From Myxococcales bacterium (GTDB taxonomy: Bacteria > Myxococcota_A > Polyangia > Polyangiales > Polyangiaceae), in NCBI GenBank assembly GCA_016720545.1, contig JADKKK010000003.1, forward strand, positions 217,516 through 281,515: DNA of 64,000 nt, written 5' to 3'. Made by a program: the position numbers and the translations under genes. How positions within the stretch are numbered: the stretch's first letter is position 1; each line of letters opens with the position of its first letter. The notes under the pieces were generated by a model, which saw only the letters and a list, made by a program, of their open reading frames with translations, did not search any database and was not told the origin of the DNA. Below are positions 33,786 to 43,637 of this stretch, piece by piece.

Positions 33786-36509
33786 CTACTTCGTGCGTGG
33801 CTCGCGCGGCGGGAGGGCGGGCGCCTTTGCCTTGGTGGCCTTGGTGGCCTTGGTGGCCTTGGTGGCCTTGGTGGCCTTGGTGGCCTTGGTGGCCTTGGTG
33901 GCCTTGGCTGAGTCGCGGGTCGGCTTCGCTGCGCGGAGCTTCGTGGGGCGCTCGGGCCCGACGCGCGCCTCGAGCTTCCGGAGGCGTGTCTCGAGGTCGT
34001 GCGCGTGGGCGCGGAGCTTCTCGAGCTCCGCCTCAGCTTCGTGTGCGCCCGCTTTGCGGTCGCCCGTGAGGTCGCGGAGGACCTCGCGGAGACGGCGGCG
34101 CACACGCACGTCGTCTTCGACGCCCTCGCGGGCACGGAGGGCGCCTCGCGCGCGCGGATCGCCCATGAGCTGGAGGGCGCGCGCGACGTCTTGGCGCAGC
34201 AGCGGGTCGCGATCGTCGAGCAGCTCCTCGAGCAGCTCGCGATCGTCGCGCGCCTCGGAGAGCCTACCGATCGCGAGCGCGGCGGCTCGGCGCGCCCTCG
34301 GCGCCTGCCCGTAGCGGGTCTTGGCGCGGAGGTGGGGCAACGCGCGCGGATCGCGCAGCGACGCGAGCCCGTCGATCGCGCCGGTCCGCACAACCTCGGC
34401 CCACGAGGGGCGATCGAGGAGCTCTACGAGGTCGTCGAGGGCGCCGCCTTGGCGCGTCTTGCCGAGCGAGCGCGCTGCTTCCGCGCTGACGAAGTAGCTC
34501 GCGTCGGAGCGCGCGACGTGGGCGAGGAGCGTCGCCGCCGCCGCGGTGCGGCTCGCGCCCAGCGCCTCTGCGACGGCACGGCGGACCTTCGGCGAGGTCA
34601 CGCCGAGCGCGCGCTCGAGGGCCTCGAACGCGTCCGGCGCGCGTGAGCGGCCGAGCGCCGTGGCGCACTCGGCGCGGACACCCCAGAACTCGTGCTCGTC
34701 GTGGAGGCGCGCCGCGAGCGCGGCTCGCGTGGGGGGGTCGTCGACCCGGGAGAGGCTGCCCGCGGCGAGCCACCGACCCCGCGCCGTGGGCGCGTGGGCG
34801 AGCTGCTCGCGGAGCATGTCGAGCGGACCGCGGACGCTCACCTCGCCGAGCACCCGCAGGTCGGGATCGACGACGACGAAGCGAGGGCGACGCGGCGAAG
34901 GGAGCGCGAACACCTGGTGGCGCTGCGTGAGCTCGACTTCGAGGCGCTTCACCACCGGGCGACCGCGCTCGGTCGCGGTCGCGCAGTCGAGCACGAGCGG
35001 CGCGTGGAAGACGGAGGGCACTCCGTCGGTCGCCGCCTGCCCCTGCTTGACCGTGACGAGCAAGATGCCCTCGTCCCACGCGAACGACACCTCGAGCTCG
35101 ACGTGACCGGCCCGGTGCACGAGCTCCTCGAAGGCGCGCCCGAGGCTGCGACCCGACACGCGCTCGAGAGCGCGCTGGAGATCGCGCGTCTCGACGAGGC
35201 CCTTCGCGTGCGCGCGAAGGTAGTGCGCGACGCCGGCGAAGAAGCCGTCGTCCCCGACGGTGCGGCGCAGCACGTGGAGCACGAGCCCGCCCTTCTCGTA
35301 GAGGTGGCGGTCGAACAGATCGAGCGGGGCGTCGTAGTCGAGGCAGACCAGGGGGCGGCGGTAGCGGCCGCGCGCCTCCGCCACGTAGTTGGCGAGGTCG
35401 GTCTTGAGCCCGTACTCGTACTCGTCGAGCCCGAGGCGGTGCTCGCGGAAGAGGTGCTCGCAGAACGTCGCGAAGCCTTCGTTGAGCCACGCCTCCGACC
35501 AGTCGCGGCACGTGACCAGATCGCCGAACCACTGGTGGGCGAGCTCGTGCGCGATGAGGTCGTCGCTCGTGCCGTCGAGCGCGGCGCGCTCGTCGAGCAG
35601 CACGTGCTCGTAGAGCGTCGTCGCGGTGGTGTTCTCCATTCCCCCGAAGAAGAAGTCGGAGACGACCGCCTGCGCGTACTTGCTCCAGGGATACGGCGAC
35701 GCGAAACGATGGCCAAAGAAACGCATCATTTCCGCGGTTTGCGCGAACGTACGGCGGGCGTCGGCGGCGCGCCCCGGCGGCACGTAATACGTGAGGGGCG
35801 CGGGGCCGTCGTCCTCGAGCACCTCGAGCTCGCCGACCACCAGCGTGAGCAGGTAGCTCGGGTGAGGCTCGCTCATCTTCCAATGGAAGAGGACGCCGTC
35901 GGGGCGCGGCTCGCGCGCCGCGAGGTGCCCGTTCGAGAGCGCCGTGTAGCCCGGCGGGACGACCACCGACAGCTCGGTGGTCATCTTCACGTGGGGCTTG
36001 TCGTGGGAGGGGAAGAAGTGCCGCGCGTCCTCCTCTTGGCACTGAGTCCACGCCTGGCGTGGCAGGTGCGGGCGGTGCTCGTCGGGCTCGATGAAGTAGA
36101 GCCCGCGGCGCGGCGTGCAGGTGTACACGACGCGCACGATGGCCTCTTCGAGGTCGCCCAGCTCCACCCGGAGCGCGCAGCCGTCGTAGATGAAGTCGGC
36201 GCGGGCGCCTCCCACCTCGACCGCCGAGAGCGTGAAGCCCACGGCGTCGAGGGTGATCGCCGACGCCGTCGGGCTCACCCGGCGGACGTGCAGCGTCGCC
36301 GTGCCAGCGACCTCGTGTTTCTCGAACGAGAGGCCGAGGTCGAGCGCGAGGTGCTCGATGACGAAGGGGCGATCACGCTCGAAGTTGCGAGGGCTCGTCG
36401 CGAACGCGAACGCGAACGGGCGGCCTTGCGCGGCTTGGCTCCGCTGCTCCGTGTGTTCGGTGCCCCCGGAGAGGCACCGGCAGCGGGCGTGGAGGCGGTG
36501 CTCTCCCAT
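33786..36509 (-). CDS. pepN: M1-family aminopeptidase N with C-terminal HEAT-like repeats and (KAT)n tail
   Basis: It has the GAMEN-like motif 'GGMENTT', the zinc motif 'HELAHQWFGD' and 'WLNEGFATF'. The C-terminus ends in KATKATKAT..., encoded by a 9-bp tandem repeat. Confidence 0.8.
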   Translation of the reverse strand: MGEHRLHARCRCLSGGTEHTEQRSQAAQGRPFAFAFATSPRNFERDRPFVIEHLALDLGLSFEKHEVAGTATLHVRRVSPTASAITLDAVGFTLSAVEVGGARADFIYDGCALRVELGDLEEAIVRVVYTCTPRRGLYFIEPDEHRPHLPRQAWTQCQEEDARHFFPSHDKPHVKMTTELSVVVPPGYTALSNGHLAAREPRPDGVLFHWKMSEPHPSYLLTLVVGELEVLEDDGPAPLTYYVPPGRAADARRTFAQTAEMMRFFGHRFASPYPWSKYAQAVVSDFFFGGMENTTATTLYEHVLLDERAALDGTSDDLIAHELAHQWFGDLVTCRDWSEAWLNEGFATFCEHLFREHRLGLDEYEYGLKTDLANYVAEARGRYRRPLVCLDYDAPLDLFDRHLYEKGGLVLHVLRRTVGDDGFFAGVAHYLRAHAKGLVETRDLQRALERVSGRSLGRAFEELVHRAGHVELEVSFAWDEGILLVTVKQGQAATDGVPSVFHAPLVLDCATATERGRPVVKRLEVELTQRHQVFALPSPRRPRFVVVDPDLRVLGEVSVRGPLDMLREQLAHAPTARGRWLAAGSLSRVDDPPTRAALAARLHDEHEFWGVRAECATALGRSRAPDAFEALERALGVTSPKVRRAVAEALGASRTAAAATLLAHVARSDASYFVSAEAARSLGKTRQGGALDDLVELLDRPSWAEVVRTGAIDGLASLRDPRALPHLRAKTRYGQAPRARRAAALAIGRLSEARDDRELLEELLDDRDPLLRQDVARALQLMGDPRARGALRAREGVEDDVRVRRRLREVLRDLTGDRKAGAHEAEAELEKLRAHAHDLETRLRKLEARVGPERPTKLRAAKPTRDSAKATKATKATKATKATKATKATKATKAKAPALPPREPRTK
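33822..33910 (-). repeat. 9-bp in-frame tandem repeat (cttggtggc) x8-10 encoding (KAT)n
   Basis: There are eight perfect units at 33831-33902 plus degenerate flanking units. Confidence 0.8.
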
Positions 36510-36530
36510 CGGGCGGGGGCGTCCGCGGGC

Positions 36531-38873
36531 TCAGCGCCCGAGCGCTTCGGCGCGGTTCACGATCCGGGGGGTGAGGAAGATCACCAGCTCGTTGCGGGTG
36601 TCGCTGGCGCGACGACGCTGGAAGAGCACGCCGAGGATCGGGATGTCGCCGAAGAACGGGACCTGGTCGAGGTTGCGACCCGTGTTGCGGGTGTAGATGC
36701 CGCCGATGACGGCCGTGTGGCCGTCCATCACGAGCAGGTCGGTCTCGGCCTCGCGCTTGAGGATCGTGGGATCGCCGCGCGCCGAGGTCTGGTTGAAGTC
36801 GGGCTCGTCGCGGTTGATCTTGACGTGCATCGACACCGACCCGTCGGCGGTGACGTGCGGGCGCACCAGGAGCTGCAGCTTCGCCTCCTGGAAGGTGGTC
36901 TGGACGCCCTGGGCAGAGAGCTGCGCGAACGGGATGAGCGTGCCCTGATTGATGCGCGCCTCGCGGTTGTCGAGGGTGAGGATGCGCGGGCTCGACACGA
37001 TGCGCAGCAGACCGCTCGCCTCGGCCGCCGAGAGGCGGACGCCGAGGTTGAACGCGTTGTTGATGGAGCCGAGGGAGATGCCGAGCGCGCCGCCTTGCCC
37101 GGTACCGACCGCGGCCGGGAGGTTGACCGCGTAGTTCGGGGCGTCGATGACGGGCTGAGTGGGCGAGAGACCCTGCGTGGGCGACTGGCCGTCATAGTTA
37201 CCGCCGGCGACGCCGACGCTGGACGGGAACGCGATGCCCGTGGGGTTGCCGGTGGCCTCGGAGAAGGACGCGTCGCCGCCCCACTGGATACCGATGTCGC
37301 GCTGGTAGCGGCTCGTGGCCTCGACGATGCGCGCCTCGATGAGCACCTGCGGGGTCTGCGTGTCGAGGGCGCGGACGAGCTGCTCGATGTTGTCGAGGCC
37401 GCCCGAGATGTCGCGGGCGATGAGCACGTTCGTGCGCTCGTCGACCGCGATCGAGCCGCGCGGCGAGAGCAGGTCCTTGGCGCGGGCCTGAATTTCGTCG
37501 GCCCGCGCGTAACTTACCGGAATCAATCGAGTTTCGAGCGGGGTAAGCTCGTACTCTTGGCGGGCTGCGGCGAGGCGGAGCTCGCGCTCTTTCTGCAGCG
37601 CGGCGAGCGGCGCGACGCGGATGAGATTGCCCGACCGCACCATGCCGAGGCCCTTCGCCTGGAGCACGACGTCGAGCGCTTGATCCCACGGCACGTTGCG
37701 CATGCGGATGGTGACGCTGCCGGACACGTCGTCGGCGGTCACGATGTTCACCCGGCCGACGTCGGCCAGCAGGCGCAGGATGTTGTGGATGTCCGCGTCC
37801 TTCAGGTCGAGATCGATGCGACGACCCGAGTAGCGACCCGCCTGCGCGTTCATCGTGGAGGTGAAGCCAGCCTCGCCACCGCCCGACACTTCGGCGTCCA
37901 CGCCTTCGTGTCCGGGCTCGACGGGGCGAATGCTGGTCTCGACGCGCGGCCCCTCGGCGAGCGGGCGCTCACGCGCGACGGTCACGGTCTTCGACGTGTC
38001 GCGAGCGGGGCCCTTCGCGTGCGCGGCGGGGGCCGCGTCGAACGACCAGACGATCTGCTTGCCCTCGACGGAGAGCACTCCCTGGTCGTCGCCGGCTCGC
38101 TCGAGCTCGATGACGGCGGAGTGGGTCTGCGCGTCGAACGACGTGGACACCTTGCGGACCGGGCCGCCGAACGCGCCGAGCTCGAGCGCGCGCGCGAGGT
38201 TCGCGGGCACGCGGACGTTCTTCATGGTGAGGCGCAGGCGGCCATCGTGCCCTGCGGCGAGCTGGTACGAGGGGACCTCGCTCGCCTGGATGATGACGCG
38301 ATCGGTCTGGCCCTTGCCAACCTTGCGACGCTCGAAGCGGACGTCGGCCAGCTCGGGAGAAGCCACGGCCTGCGCCGCAGCGGGCGCAGGAAAGAGCGAC
38401 GGCGCGCCTGGGGCGGTCTGCGCGGCTGGCGCGAGCTGGACGCGGAGGTCGTTCCCGTCCGCGAAGACCCGGTAGCTCGCGGGCTTCAAGAGGTTCACGG
38501 TCAGGCGGGTCATGGTGCCCGCCGAGGTCTTGAAGGTCTGCGTGAGCGCACCGCCCACGAGGCCCACGGGGCTGGTGATAGGCTCGCCCCCGCCCGACAG
38601 GTCCGCGTTCGCGATGTCGACGACGAGGCGCTTGCCTCCGGACTCGACGCGGAGCGAGAACGCCGGGGCGCTGGTGCCGCGAAGAACGAGCTCCGTGCCC
38701 GGTCCGGCCGTCGACTCGAGCGCGTGGGCCACCACGTCGCGCACGTGGTTGCCTTCACCCGCCGCGAGCGCCACGCCGGGGTGCAGGAACATCACGTGTG
38801 CGAAGGCCGCCGCGAGCAGGAGCGGCGTTCCACTCCCGAGGATTCGGCGCGTTCGCGATTTCGACCGGTGCAT
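36531..38873 (-). CDS. pilQ: Type IVa pilus secretin PilQ (AMIN domains + secretin)
   Basis: It has a signal peptide, N-terminal AMIN-like repeats and the secretin C-terminus ('GVLFQRRRASDTRNELVIFLTPRIV'). It is the last gene of the pilMNOPQ operon. Confidence 0.85.
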   Translation of the reverse strand: MHRSKSRTRRILGSGTPLLLAAAFAHVMFLHPGVALAAGEGNHVRDVVAHALESTAGPGTELVLRGTSAPAFSLRVESGGKRLVVDIANADLSGGGEPITSPVGLVGGALTQTFKTSAGTMTRLTVNLLKPASYRVFADGNDLRVQLAPAAQTAPGAPSLFPAPAAAQAVASPELADVRFERRKVGKGQTDRVIIQASEVPSYQLAAGHDGRLRLTMKNVRVPANLARALELGAFGGPVRKVSTSFDAQTHSAVIELERAGDDQGVLSVEGKQIVWSFDAAPAAHAKGPARDTSKTVTVARERPLAEGPRVETSIRPVEPGHEGVDAEVSGGGEAGFTSTMNAQAGRYSGRRIDLDLKDADIHNILRLLADVGRVNIVTADDVSGSVTIRMRNVPWDQALDVVLQAKGLGMVRSGNLIRVAPLAALQKERELRLAAARQEYELTPLETRLIPVSYARADEIQARAKDLLSPRGSIAVDERTNVLIARDISGGLDNIEQLVRALDTQTPQVLIEARIVEATSRYQRDIGIQWGGDASFSEATGNPTGIAFPSSVGVAGGNYDGQSPTQGLSPTQPVIDAPNYAVNLPAAVGTGQGGALGISLGSINNAFNLGVRLSAAEASGLLRIVSSPRILTLDNREARINQGTLIPFAQLSAQGVQTTFQEAKLQLLVRPHVTADGSVSMHVKINRDEPDFNQTSARGDPTILKREAETDLLVMDGHTAVIGGIYTRNTGRNLDQVPFFGDIPILGVLFQRRRASDTRNELVIFLTPRIVNRAEALGR

Positions 38874-39118
38874 CAGGGACTCCCTAGGCCGCGGATGAGC
38901 TCCGCGCAGGCTCGCGATCGCCGGCTCGGCTCTCGCGCGGCGCACCTGGAGGTGCGCGCTATCAACGAACGTAGAACGAGGCCGCTCGAAGAGGCCAGTT
39001 TGTCGTGCGCTATTTCGCTGTTGTCTCGCATCGCGTGCCCCGCCCGTCCCGGAGGGACCTCGCCAGCGTCACCAGTATCACGCTTCGCTCTCCGGGCTCG
39101 CCAGCATTTCGCCGCCCC

Positions 39119-39733
39119 TCAGTCGAGCTGCAGCTTGGGTTCGCCTTCAGGGTGGAGCGCGAGCACCCTCGTCGAGGGCGGGAGGTTCGGCTGGGCCGGG
39201 TCCTCACGCACCAGGACGACGTCGGTGGCCCGGACCCGGTCTACGCGCCAGTTGAGCTGGTAGTCGGCCCCGTTCGCGCCCCCGACGTGCACGGTGTCGG
39301 GACGGCCGAGGAAGTCGCCGCGCTTCAGAACCCACCCCTTGCCGCCCGGATCGATGAGCATCGCGCGCGGGTAGTCTCCCCCGGTCACGATGGCAGCGAG
39401 CTTCAGCTCGTCGAGGCTGTACTGCCCCAGGAGCACCTTGCGCTGGTTCGCGGGCTTGGGACCCTTCCGGGTCTCGTCCAGCGTCGCGGCGAACGAGCGG
39501 AACGGATCGCGGTTCTGGTCAGCCTCGACGAAGTCGCCCTCGGAGTAGTCGACCTTCACGACCTGGCTGGGGGGGAGCGCGGCGGCGTCGAGCGCGGCGA
39601 CGCCCGCGTCCGCCACGGTGGGTCCCGTATTGAGCACCGCGTCGAAGCGCTTGGGCTCCTTGCAGCCGGCTCCGACGACCAAGCTGAGGGCCGCGAGCCC
39701 CACGAGGGCGATCCCCTTGGAGAGGCGGCTCAT
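39119..39733 (-). CDS. pilP: PilP lipoprotein
   Basis: It has a lipobox ('MSRLSKGIALVGLAALSLVVGAGC'). Its ATG overlaps the pilO stop (ATGA at 39730-39733). Confidence 0.75.
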   Translation of the reverse strand: MSRLSKGIALVGLAALSLVVGAGCKEPKRFDAVLNTGPTVADAGVAALDAAALPPSQVVKVDYSEGDFVEADQNRDPFRSFAATLDETRKGPKPANQRKVLLGQYSLDELKLAAIVTGGDYPRAMLIDPGGKGWVLKRGDFLGRPDTVHVGGANGADYQLNWRVDRVRATDVVLVREDPAQPNLPPSTRVLALHPEGEPKLQLD

Positions 39734-40377
39734 TTCGGCGCCCCCGCCTGGCCAGGCGCGCCAGGCGCACCAGGCGCACCAGGCGCACCAGGCGTACCAG
39801 GTGCGGCGGCGGGCTTGATGAGATGGAACGTCGTCGCGAGGCACATGGCCTTCAGCACCACGTCTTCGCCCTCGACCTTGGGATCGCTCAGCTCGACGTT
39901 CTCGAGGTTGATGATGCGGTCCTGTTTGCCGATCTCGAACATGAACTTGCCGATCTGGTGGAACTTGCCCGACAGCTCGAGGCGCATCGGGACCTTCGCG
40001 TAGAAGGTTGCGGGGACCTCTTCTTGGGGCTGCCACGCCTTCAGGTTGGTGCCGCTGATGTTCGAGACCTGTTGGATGGCCGACAGGAACGCCGCGGCCT
40101 CGGTCTCGGCAGGCAGGATCTTGTTGAGCTCACGCTGCTTCTGCTGGCGCATGGCGAGCTCTTCGCGGTCTTGGATGTAGCTGGCCTCCGCCTGGCGGAG
40201 GCTCACGATTTGGGCCTCGAGCTCCTTCGAGCGGCGGCCCTCCTGCTCGATCTTCGCGACGACGTCGGTGTGGAGCACCACGTAGTAACCGACGGCGACG
40301 AGCACGACGAGGAAGAGTCCGAAGCCTACCTTCGCGGGGAGCGAGAGCTTGGAGAGGCTGATCGACGCGGCGGCCAT
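39730..40377 (-). CDS. pilO: PilO inner-membrane pilus alignment protein
   Basis: It has a single N-terminal TM followed by a coiled coil. The C-terminal (PGA)n is encoded by the 9-bp repeat 'ccaggcgca' x~5 at about 39755-39805. Confidence 0.75.
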   Translation of the reverse strand: MAAASISLSKLSLPAKVGFGLFLVVLVAVGYYVVLHTDVVAKIEQEGRRSKELEAQIVSLRQAEASYIQDREELAMRQQKQRELNKILPAETEAAAFLSAIQQVSNISGTNLKAWQPQEEVPATFYAKVPMRLELSGKFHQIGKFMFEIGKQDRIINLENVELSDPKVEGEDVVLKAMCLATTFHLIKPAAAPGTPGAPGAPGAPGAPGQAGAPK

Positions 40378-41088
40378 TTAGTACCTCACCATGGCGCTGA
40401 ACTCGAACTTGACGAGCTCGAGCTTGGTCGTCGGGTCAATCTCCTTCGAAGCCGGGAGCAGCTTGACGTCGTAGAAGAAGTCGCTGAGGGCGAGGCGGCG
40501 CAAGAGCTCCGAGACGTCTTCGCCGTCGCGCGCGAGGCCGCCGACCTTCACCACGCGGTCCTTCTCCGCGTACGTGGTCAGCCAGAGGCGATGCGTGTCC
40601 CAGTTCGGGTTGGGCACGGCCAGCGGGTTGTCGCGCCGCAGCTGCTCGAGCTTGTCGCGATCGACGGTCGGCCCGCGGCCGGGGCTCAGGATCTTGGAGA
40701 GCTCGAGGAGCGTAGCGGTGGGGCCCGTGCGCGCCGCCTGGAGCTTCGCGATCGCGTTCTCGCGTTCGCGTAGCTCGGTAAGCTGCGCCTTGAGCTGCTC
40801 GTGCTGAGAGATGTTCGCCTGGATGGAGGTGATCGTCGCCGTGTGGGCGAGGTTTCTGTCCTTCGCCTTGGTGAGCTGATCGCCCTTGGTCTTGTAGACC
40901 ACGAGGAGAATGAGCACCTCGAGGACCACGACCCCCAAGAGAACACCGAGCCACGCTTGGCTGCCCTCGCTGTCGCTCGAGGACGACGAGCCGCCGCCGC
41001 CGCTGGTCATGCTGGTGAAGCGCGACAGGAACGACAGATCGGTCCGCCGAGACTGCTTCTTGTTCGGCAGGAGGTTGACGCGAATCAT
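40378..41088 (-). CDS. pilN: PilN inner-membrane pilus alignment protein
   Basis: It has the PilN N-terminus 'MIRVNLLPNKK' and a TM. Its start overlaps the pilM stop (ATGA). Confidence 0.75.
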   Translation of the reverse strand: MIRVNLLPNKKQSRRTDLSFLSRFTSMTSGGGGSSSSSDSEGSQAWLGVLLGVVVLEVLILLVVYKTKGDQLTKAKDRNLAHTATITSIQANISQHEQLKAQLTELRERENAIAKLQAARTGPTATLLELSKILSPGRGPTVDRDKLEQLRRDNPLAVPNPNWDTHRLWLTTYAEKDRVVKVGGLARDGEDVSELLRRLALSDFFYDVKLLPASKEIDPTTKLELVKFEFSAMVRY

Positions 41089-42140
41089 ACCCTTCGCTCC
41101 TTGTCGCAGCGCAGCGCGAGGCCGAGGGCGACGACCATCTGCGCAGAGCGCGATCGCATCTCGGCTTCGTTGACGAATTTCGTGTCGACCGCCAGCCCAC
41201 TGAGCGGGTCGAACACCTGGACGGGCACCCGCGCGCGCCTCTCGATCGCCTTGCAGAGCGGCGCGAGATAGGCGGTCCCCCCGGAGATGCAGATCTTGGT
41301 GATCTCGGCCTCACCGCTGGTGGCCAGGTAGAAGTCGAGCGAGCGCTGGATCTCGCCGGCGAGACCGTCGCACGCGGACTGGATCACCTCATGCACCTCT
41401 TGCGGCACGATCTGCGTCGGCCCGCCACCGCACTTGTAGGCCTCAGCCTGCTCGAACGGGACGTTGCACTGCTTCTGGATCTCTTCTGTGATCGACGAGC
41501 CCGCGTTCGCGATCTCGCGCGTGAACGCCGAGATGCCACCCGAGATGATGTTGAGCGACGAGACGGCGGCCCCCACGTTGAGCAGCGCGACGGTGCCCGC
41601 CTCGGGCAGCCCCTGCTGCTGCTCGAAGATGTTCTGGACGGTGAACGCGTTGATGTCGACGACGATGGGCCGGAGGTTGGCCTCGCGTAGGATCGACGCG
41701 AAATCGTTGATTTCGTCCTTCTTGGCGGCGACCAGGACGAGGTCCATCTGGCCGGCCTCGGGGCGCTTGCGGAGCACCTCGTAGTCGATCGACATGACCT
41801 TGATGTCGAACGGGATGTGCTGCTCGGCCTCCCATCCGATCTGCTCGTCGAGCTCCGCCGCCGTCATCATCGGGACGGTGATCTTGCGGACGATGACCGA
41901 CTGGCCGTAGACGCCGATCGCCACGTCTTTCTGAGAGATCTTCTGCTCTTCGAAGATCTTGAGGAGGCTGTCGACGATGACGCCCGAGCTCATGACGTGG
42001 CCATCCACGATGGTCTGCGGAGGCAGTGGCGCGTAGCCCGCGCGGATGACCTGGAACTTCTTCCGCGACTCCTTGAGCTGGACGACTTTGATGGAGCTCG
42101 CCCCGATGTCGACGCCGACCAGGTTCTTGCCCTCACCCAT
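41085..42140 (-). CDS. pilM: PilM actin-like ATPase of type IVa pilus
   Basis: It reads 'LVGVDIGASSIKVVQL' and has an FtsA/actin-like fold. The ATG at 42140 was checked. The upstream 440 aa of track ORF 41085..43463 are rejected. Confidence 0.85.
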   Translation of the reverse strand: MGEGKNLVGVDIGASSIKVVQLKESRKKFQVIRAGYAPLPPQTIVDGHVMSSGVIVDSLLKIFEEQKISQKDVAIGVYGQSVIVRKITVPMMTAAELDEQIGWEAEQHIPFDIKVMSIDYEVLRKRPEAGQMDLVLVAAKKDEINDFASILREANLRPIVVDINAFTVQNIFEQQQGLPEAGTVALLNVGAAVSSLNIISGGISAFTREIANAGSSITEEIQKQCNVPFEQAEAYKCGGGPTQIVPQEVHEVIQSACDGLAGEIQRSLDFYLATSGEAEITKICISGGTAYLAPLCKAIERRARVPVQVFDPLSGLAVDTKFVNEAEMRSRSAQMVVALGLALRCDKERRV

Positions 42141-42350
42141 AGATACTTCCTTACTTCGCGCTCGAAGGTGGCTCGCGGACCGAGCCGGCCGTGGTCCTAC
42201 CCCGGCGGCGGGGAGGGAGACCATGAGAATCCTTTCATTGTGGCGGCACAACGTCAAAAAATGCGCCGGCACCCACACATTTTGGCGGGTTTCGCGGTCC
42301 GGTGCCCCGGAGCGGTGGCCTTCGGCGCGAGATGCGCTAAGCAGGGCCGG

Positions 42351-43520
42351 ATGGGGCCCCTCTCTCTCGCTCGCTCTCGCTCGCTCGTCGCCGCGCTCCT
42401 CGTCGTCGGCGCCACCTTGGCGCCAGGCTCCGCCGCAGCCGACGTGACGCACGTCATCGGGAAGGGTCACACGCTCAACACCATCGCCGGGCGGTACCAC
42501 GTGACGGCGAGGGCCATCCTCGCCGCGAACCCGAACCTGAACCCCAAGCGCCTCCGCGTAGGCGACAGCATCACCATCCCCGGCGTCGCGCCCAAGGCCG
42601 AGAAGGGCAAGCCCAGCACGGCCGACAAGGGCGCGAAGCCCGCGAAGCCCGCGGCGGAGGCGAAGCCCAAGGAAGCGGAGAAGGCCGCGAAGGTCGGCGA
42701 CAAGAAGGGTGCGGAGCGCGAGGCCGCGCAGGCGAAGGCGGCTCCCCCAGGCCCCGCGGTCAAGGGCGCGGGCGCGGCCCCGACCGCGTTCGCGGGCAAG
42801 CCCAAGCACCCGAACGTGGTGCAGTTCGTAAGGTTTGGCACGAGCGAGGAGGCCACCGTTCGGGTCAGCGCCGGTGGCCGCGTCCCGCCGGCGGCGCTCG
42901 CGAAGGTGAAGCAGATCATGCACTCGTCGGGCGGGGCGACCCATGCCCCCGACCCGCGCCTCGTGGCCTTGCTCGGCATCGTGTCGAACCACTTTGGTGG
43001 CCGCAAGCTCGAGGTGGTGAGCGGCTTCCGGCCGTTCTCGCCCAAGCAGTACACGCCGCACTCCAACCACAACCACGGCAAGGCGATGGACTTCCGCGTG
43101 CAAGGGGTGCCGAACACCGCCGTGCGAGACTTCTGCCGCACGCTGCACAACGTGGGCGTGGGTTACTACCCGAACAGCGTGTTCGTGCACCTCGACGTGC
43201 GCGCGGCGCCGGCGTTCTGGATCGACTACTCGCGGCCCGGTGAGGCGCCGCGGTACCACGCGCCGAACACCGACGCCGACGAGGGGACCAGCGACGTCCA
43301 CGCCGAGCTGCCCGCGGGCATGGGCGCGGCCGCCCCAGAGCCTGGCGCCGAGGGGACGACGCCGGCCGCCCCGGGTGCCGCCTCTCCGAGCGCGGGCACC
43401 GCGGGCACCGTGGCCCCGCCGGCCGTCACCGCTCCCGGGGCGCCCGCGAAGCAGCCCGATCACCCCGCGCCCAAGGGTCCGGCGCTCCCCGCGCCGTCGC
43501 CCGGCGCGCCCACGCCCTGA
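42351..43520 (+). CDS. Secreted LysM-domain protein with DUF882/M15-like peptidase domain
   Basis: It has a signal peptide and a LysM ('HVIGKGHTLNTIAGRYHVTARAILAANP'). A Lys/Ala-rich linker follows, then a DUF882-like domain ('HSNHNHGKAMDFRVQGV...YYPNSVFVHLDVR'). Confidence 0.7.
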   Translation: MGPLSLARSRSLVAALLVVGATLAPGSAAADVTHVIGKGHTLNTIAGRYHVTARAILAANPNLNPKRLRVGDSITIPGVAPKAEKGKPSTADKGAKPAKPAAEAKPKEAEKAAKVGDKKGAEREAAQAKAAPPGPAVKGAGAAPTAFAGKPKHPNVVQFVRFGTSEEATVRVSAGGRVPPAALAKVKQIMHSSGGATHAPDPRLVALLGIVSNHFGGRKLEVVSGFRPFSPKQYTPHSNHNHGKAMDFRVQGVPNTAVRDFCRTLHNVGVGYYPNSVFVHLDVRAAPAFWIDYSRPGEAPRYHAPNTDADEGTSDVHAELPAGMGAAAPEPGAEGTTPAAPGAASPSAGTAGTVAPPAVTAPGAPAKQPDHPAPKGPALPAPSPGAPTP

Positions 43521-43554
43521 TCCGCGCCACCCGACGCGAGCTCGTGCCTGACCT

Positions 43555-43596
43555 CGCCTGGCCTGGCCTGGCCTGGCCTCGCCTGGCCTCGCCTGG
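43555..43596. repeat. Pentanucleotide microsatellite (cctgg/cctcg) x8
   Basis: It lies in the 117-bp convergent intergenic gap. Confidence 0.6.
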
Positions 43597-43637
43597 CCGC
43601 GCGGCTCTCGCGCGGGACTGGCGGTGTGCGCTCGACG

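Noticed and set aside
34692-39263. 1523-aa ORF on the plus strand
   Set aside because: It is antisense to pepN and pilQ, which have unambiguous catalytic and secretin motifs. It has Arg/Gly/Ala/Glu-rich composition typical of GC-frame artefacts and no recognisable domains.
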